The notes under the pieces are model-generated. The model was not told the DNA's origin, did not search any database, and was given only the letters and a program-made list of their open reading frames with translations. Source: Dehalococcoidia bacterium (GTDB lineage Bacteria; Chloroflexota; Dehalococcoidia; Lucifugimonadales; UBA2985). Taken from it: a stretch of DNA of 64,000 nucleotides. Numbering within the stretch: position 1 is the first letter of the stretch; every line of letters starts with the position of its first letter. The stretch covers positions 713 through 64,712 of the forward strand of contig OZ244924.1 in NCBI GenBank assembly GCA_965221925.1. The letters run 5' to 3'. Below are positions 59,714 to 64,000 of the stretch, in pieces. The translations under genes and the position numbers were made by a program.

Positions 59714-60151
59714 CTAGATCTGATACATTCCCCGTCCGTGGAGTCGCTTCTGACGATTAGCCAGGTCGGCAATGGTCGTGGAGCTCAGCACGCTATGGAT
59801 AGCATCCTCCACAGACCTCCACACGTCACGCTGCGCGCATATGTCGGAAAGGGTACACTCCGTGGGCTCTGTGATGCAGTCCAAAGCCGCCGCCGTGCCC
59901 TCCAGTCCATCCATCACCATTCCAAGGCTTATCTCGTCGGGAGCCTTTGCCAGTACGTGGCCCCCTTGCGGCCCCCTTCGGCTTCGGATAAACCCGGTCT
60001 TCCCCAGGGTGGTAAGGAGATGGTCCAGATAGGGCTCCGGAATGCTCTGGCGATCCGCTATCTCCACAGTTTGCACGGAGCCGTCTCCGTACCGCTGCGC
60101 AAGGTCCACCAGCGCGCGTACCCCGTAGTCTACCTTCATTGGCACCTTCAT
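59714..60151 (-). CDS. Rrf2 family regulator (IscR/CymR-like)
   Basis: YGVRALVDLA, YLDH, S.RGPQGG, three Cys (C..C..C). Confidence 0.92.
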   Translation of the reverse strand: MKVPMKVDYGVRALVDLAQRYGDGSVQTVEIADRQSIPEPYLDHLLTTLGKTGFIRSRRGPQGGHVLAKAPDEISLGMVMDGLEGTAAALDCITEPTECTLSDICAQRDVWRSVEDAIHSVLSSTTIADLANRQKRLHGRGMYQI

Positions 60152-60289
60152 GCCACCGCCTCCTAATTGCGTCCGTTGAGTAATTATAGCATCCCCCCTG
60201 TACACCTTCAAGCCCAGGCTATACTATAGGCAGGCAAATTTGCCCGCTAGACGATGCGAGGAAAGTCGACCAGGCCTTCGGTTAGCGAC

Positions 60290-60838
60290 ATGACGCCGGA
60301 CAGGACAGAAGTCGTCCCATACGACGAGGAGTGGCCCCGTCTGTTCAGCAGCTTGGGCAAGGATCTTCGCGCGGCGCTGGGCGACATCGCCCTCCGCATC
60401 GACCATATTGGATCGACCTCCGTTCCGGGACTGGCCGCAAAGCCCATCATTGACATCCAGATCTCCGTTGCGGCCCTTGAGCCGGTGGAGCCGTACCGCC
60501 TTCGCCTGGATGGGCTGGGACTTGTCTTCAGGGCGGACAACCCGGAGCTGACCAAGCGTTATTTCCGGGAGTCGCCCGGCAACAGAAGAACCCACATCCA
60601 CGTGCGACGGGCGGGAAGCTGGGCGGAGCAGTTCGCCCTGCTATTCCGCGACTACATCAGGACCCACCAGGAGGACGCTCGCCTCTACGCCGAGCTGAAG
60701 CGCCGTCTGGCCGGGGAGTACGGCGAGGACCGGCACGCCTATACGGAGGCGAAGACGCCCTTCATCTGGGAGGTGATGCGCCGCGCCGACCGCTGGTCGC
60801 AGGAGATCGGCTGGCAGCCCGGGCCGTCGGACGCGTAG
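60290..60838 (+). CDS. GrpB family protein
   Basis: VVPYDEEWP, IDHIGSTSVPGLAAKPIIDI, FRDY.R, YTEAK. Confidence 0.9.
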   Translation: MTPDRTEVVPYDEEWPRLFSSLGKDLRAALGDIALRIDHIGSTSVPGLAAKPIIDIQISVAALEPVEPYRLRLDGLGLVFRADNPELTKRYFRESPGNRRTHIHVRRAGSWAEQFALLFRDYIRTHQEDARLYAELKRRLAGEYGEDRHAYTEAKTPFIWEVMRRADRWSQEIGWQPGPSDA

Positions 60839-60850
60839 CCTCCCACAGCC

Positions 60851-61792
60851 TTAGCTTGGCAGCGTAGACCCCGTGAAACCCTCGCGGCCTTGCAGGAAAT
60901 CCGCGGCATCCACCGCTCGACGCCCCTCCAACTGGACCCGCTTGAGTCCCAGGACGCCGTCGCCGGTGGCCACGCCCAACGGAGCCGGGGCGCCGGCCTC
61001 CAGCCTGACCACCCTCCCCGGCGGGCCGGCGTCTACCCCTGCAATGGGCGCCGCCTCCAGGACCTTCAGCAGCCTCCCTTGCCAGTGGGTGTAGGAGCCG
61101 GGCCAGGGGGTGTACGCCCGCGCCTGTCGCCACAGGTCCACCGCCGGCAGCGTCCATCGAATGGCTCCGTCCTCCTTGGTCAGCTTGCGGGCGTAGGTCG
61201 CACGGGTTTCGTCCTGGGGCGTTGGGGGCAGGGCTCCTCGGCAGTAGAGCGGCAGGCTCCTTACCAGGAGATTTGCGCCCCGGCGAAACAGCTCTTCGGT
61301 CATCGTGGCTGTGGTGTCCTGTGACAGCAGGGGCCTCTCCTCCCGGTCGATAATTGGCCCTGAGTCCAGTCCTTTGCCCAGAAGCATCAGGGTCACTCCG
61401 GCAACCTCGTCGCCCTCCAAGATGGTGAAGGCCACGGGTGAAGGCCCCCGATGCCGGGGCAAAAGCGACGGGTGGATGTTCACGCATCCCCAGGGCGCCG
61501 CCGCCAGCGCCTCCGCAGGGAGGATCAACCCGTAGGCGGCTACCACTATGACATCCGGCTCCAGGGAGCGGAGCTCGTTATAGGCGGCCGGGGGTCTCAG
61601 GGAGGCGGGTTGGAACACCCTCAGCCCGCGTCCCTGGGCGTACGCCTTGACCGGCGACGGGAGAACGCTCCTTCCACGTCCGGCGGGTTTATCCGGCTGG
61701 GTATAGACCCCAACCACCTGGAATCCACTCTCCAGCATGAGCTCCAGCGGAGGGACGGAAAAGGCGGGGGTTCCCATATAGACCACTCGCAT
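60851..61792 (-). CDS. fmt: Methionyl-tRNA formyltransferase
   Basis: MGTP.F, TQPDKP.GRG, AYG.IL, NIHPSLLP. Confidence 0.96.
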   Translation of the reverse strand: MRVVYMGTPAFSVPPLELMLESGFQVVGVYTQPDKPAGRGRSVLPSPVKAYAQGRGLRVFQPASLRPPAAYNELRSLEPDVIVVAAYGLILPAEALAAAPWGCVNIHPSLLPRHRGPSPVAFTILEGDEVAGVTLMLLGKGLDSGPIIDREERPLLSQDTTATMTEELFRRGANLLVRSLPLYCRGALPPTPQDETRATYARKLTKEDGAIRWTLPAVDLWRQARAYTPWPGSYTHWQGRLLKVLEAAPIAGVDAGPPGRVVRLEAGAPAPLGVATGDGVLGLKRVQLEGRRAVDAADFLQGREGFTGSTLPS

Positions 61793-62098
61793 CGAGCCAC
61801 CTCTTCGGGGATTATAGAGGGATGACGAGGCCCAAACAACAGCCGCCCAAAAACTCGCCGAAAACCCGCCACGCTACCCTTGCACCTCCCCCATGATACC
61901 CCTGTTATATTGCTTATAGCCTAAACCATGACCCGCCCCAATCGCCGCGATAGGGGCCCCCTAACCCGCCTGGTTTCCAGGCGCCTCCTCTGCGCCCCCT
62001 GGCGCTTATGTATCCCGATCTCATCTTGTTGTTGCAGGCCGCGCCATGCCAGCGCCGTGTGCGTTTCCCGGCGTCGCCCAAGGAGAAGCTGAATACCG

Positions 62099-63478
62099 TT
62101 GACCCGCCTGAATCCGCGCGCAAAGTGGGAAGCCGTACTAGGCAGCCTGGAACTGCAGGTAAGCAGGCCCAGCTACGCCACCTGGCTTAAGGACACAACA
62201 GGCCTGTCCTTTGAAGACAACAGGATGGTGGTGGGCGTCCCATCCTCCTTTGTGGCCCAATGGCTCGAGCAGAGGATGTCCTCTCTGATAGAAGCCACCC
62301 TGTCCCAGAGCGTCGGGCAGCCGGCGACGGTGCGCTTCCAGGTGGTCACGGCGCCGTCGCCCCATGCGCCGCGGCGCGAGACGCTGCTCAACAATGACGA
62401 CTCACCCGCCCGGCCGGCCAATGCTCTCCCGTCCTCGCACGGGTCCGGCTCATTTGCCCTCAACCCAAAGTACACACTGGACTCCTTCGTGGTAGGCCAA
62501 TCGAATCAGCTTGCCTATGCCGCGGCGGTCGCAGTCTCCACCCGGCCAGGGTTGGCCTACAATCCTCTCTTCCTGTACGGAGGCGTAGGGCTGGGCAAGA
62601 CACACCTTCTACACGGCATAGGCCACGCGTCGGCTCGGAACGGCCTCAGCTACCTATACGTGAGCTCCGAGCAGTTCACCAACGAGTTCATCACGTCCAT
62701 TCAGATGAAGAGCACCCGCGCGTTTCGGGAGAAGTACCGGTCTGTGGACGTCCTCCTAGTGGACGACATCCAGTTCTTGCGCGGGAAGGAGACCATACAG
62801 GAGAGCTTCTTCCACACCTTCAATGCCCTCCACGACTCCAACCGGCAGATCGTGGTAGCCTGCGACAGGCCCACGTCGGCGCTCGTCCCCTTGGAGGATC
62901 GCCTCAGGTCCCGCCTGCAGTGGGGCCTCAGCGCAGACATCCAGCTACCTGAGCTTGAGACGCGCAAGGCGATAGTCAAGATGAAAGCCCACTCTATGGG
63001 CGTAACCGTCCCGGACGAGGTCTCCGACCTCATCTCCACGAACTTCACCTCCAGCATTCGAGATATGGAAGGGGCTCTGAACCGGGTCTGCGCCTATGCA
63101 GACCTGACATCCTCTCCTCTCAACCTGGCCCTTGCTAGTCAGAGCCTTGGGGACATGCTAAACGCGCAACAGCAGCGTATCCCCTCGCCGGAAGCTATTA
63201 TCGCCCAGGTCTGCTCTTTCTACGGCACAGATGTAAAGGCGATCACAAGCAAGCGCAGAGATAAAAAGGTCACTCTGGCCCGGCAGGTTGCCGTCTACCT
63301 ACTCAGAGAGTGGACTCAGATGTCGCTGAAAGGCATTGGGTCGCTGGCCGGCAACAGAGACCACACGTCGATACGCCATGCTTGGGCCAAGATACAACGC
63401 GAAAGGGAAACGAACGCGACACTCGCCGCGGATATCAGTTCCATCTGCGAAGCAATAACAGACACCGACATCGCGTAG
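62099..63478 (+). CDS. dnaA: Chromosomal replication initiator
   Basis: LNPKYT..FVVG.SN, YNPLFLYGGVGLGKTHL, DDIQF, FFHTFN, RDHTS; TTG start. Confidence 0.98.
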   Translation: MTRLNPRAKWEAVLGSLELQVSRPSYATWLKDTTGLSFEDNRMVVGVPSSFVAQWLEQRMSSLIEATLSQSVGQPATVRFQVVTAPSPHAPRRETLLNNDDSPARPANALPSSHGSGSFALNPKYTLDSFVVGQSNQLAYAAAVAVSTRPGLAYNPLFLYGGVGLGKTHLLHGIGHASARNGLSYLYVSSEQFTNEFITSIQMKSTRAFREKYRSVDVLLVDDIQFLRGKETIQESFFHTFNALHDSNRQIVVACDRPTSALVPLEDRLRSRLQWGLSADIQLPELETRKAIVKMKAHSMGVTVPDEVSDLISTNFTSSIRDMEGALNRVCAYADLTSSPLNLALASQSLGDMLNAQQQRIPSPEAIIAQVCSFYGTDVKAITSKRRDKKVTLARQVAVYLLREWTQMSLKGIGSLAGNRDHTSIRHAWAKIQRERETNATLAADISSICEAITDTDIA

Positions 63479-63479
63479 G

Positions 63480-63643
63480 CACGTTTCCCCCATACTCCCC
63501 ACTGTCCCCAATACAGACTAAGCAACGCCGACACGTCTAATATAGCGTATAGGCTGTAGAGCCTAGGCAAGCAGAGAATTCACAGAATCCCCAAACTGCT
63601 CTATTATTGATGTTATCCTATATACCTAATATACATAGATATT
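63480..63643 (+). other. Putative replication origin (oriC)
   Basis: Intergenic region after dnaA with degenerate boxes (TCCCCA repeats, ATTCACA), then CTATTATTGATGTTA triplets and an AT-rich tract. Confidence 0.6.
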
Positions 63644-64000
63644 ATGATAGATACCGCAAGAATAGTGGTTAAGAGTGGTAATGGGGGAGTTGGTGATGTC
63701 AGCTTCCGGCGAGAGAAGTACGTCCCTTTGGGTGGGCCTGACGGGGGCGACGGGGGCGCTGGAGGGAATGTTTTCCTCTCTGCTCAGTCTGGTCAGCATA
63801 TGCTCCGTTCTTTTAGGTACAAGCGTAGCTTCCATGCGGAGGACGGGGGAAGAGGACTCGGAAATAACAAGATGGGTCGGCGAGGCAAAGACTACGTTAT
63901 TGACGTTCCCGTAGGAACTCTGGTTACCAGGGTGTATGAGGACACGAGTCGGATGGTTATAGACGATCTGACGGAGTCCGGGATGAGGACTCTTGTTGCC
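63644..64000 (+). CDS. obgE: GTPase Obg, 5' part (runs off the window)
   Basis: MIDTARIVVKSGNGG.G..SFRREKYVPLGGPDGGDGG.GG; absent from ORF track because there is no stop. Confidence 0.95.
   Translation, partial: MIDTARIVVKSGNGGVGDVSFRREKYVPLGGPDGGDGGAGGNVFLSAQSGQHMLRSFRYKRSFHAEDGGRGLGNNKMGRRGKDYVIDVPVGTLVTRVYEDTSRMVIDDLTESGMRTLVA

Overview
A GC-rich bacterial chromosome segment running up to dnaA, a probable oriC and the start of obgE. The dnaA-obgE order, the trp T-box, and the SDR, xanthine-dehydrogenase-family and class III CoA-transferase genes suggest Dehalococcoidia/SAR202-like Chloroflexota (inference). Core content: amtB-glnK, sodX/sodN, ffh, an ino1-pimA-pgsA inositol-lipid cluster, gyrB, T-box-controlled trpS-trpE, late menaquinone genes (ubiD/mqnL, mqnP, ubiX, menG), hisS, tRNA-Arg(GCG), rrf2-moeB-cysM and fmt. 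Accessory content: two complete ISAs1 copies with 10-bp target duplications, IS5, IS1202-like and possible IS1595 remnants, two restriction-modification systems, several decayed toxin-antitoxin modules, deletion-type pseudogenes and many REP-like palindromes. The most unusual element is a 495-bp transposase-less cassette (57003-57497) with 48-bp IS6-type inverted repeats and an 8-bp target duplication that carries only a small GIY-YIG nuclease gene. Also notable: a 4.4-kb island inside the menaquinone operon bounded by a diverged copy of the ubiD 3' end, and IS5-type ends inserted in REP hairpin loops. All product calls come from motif recognition by eye, not database searches.
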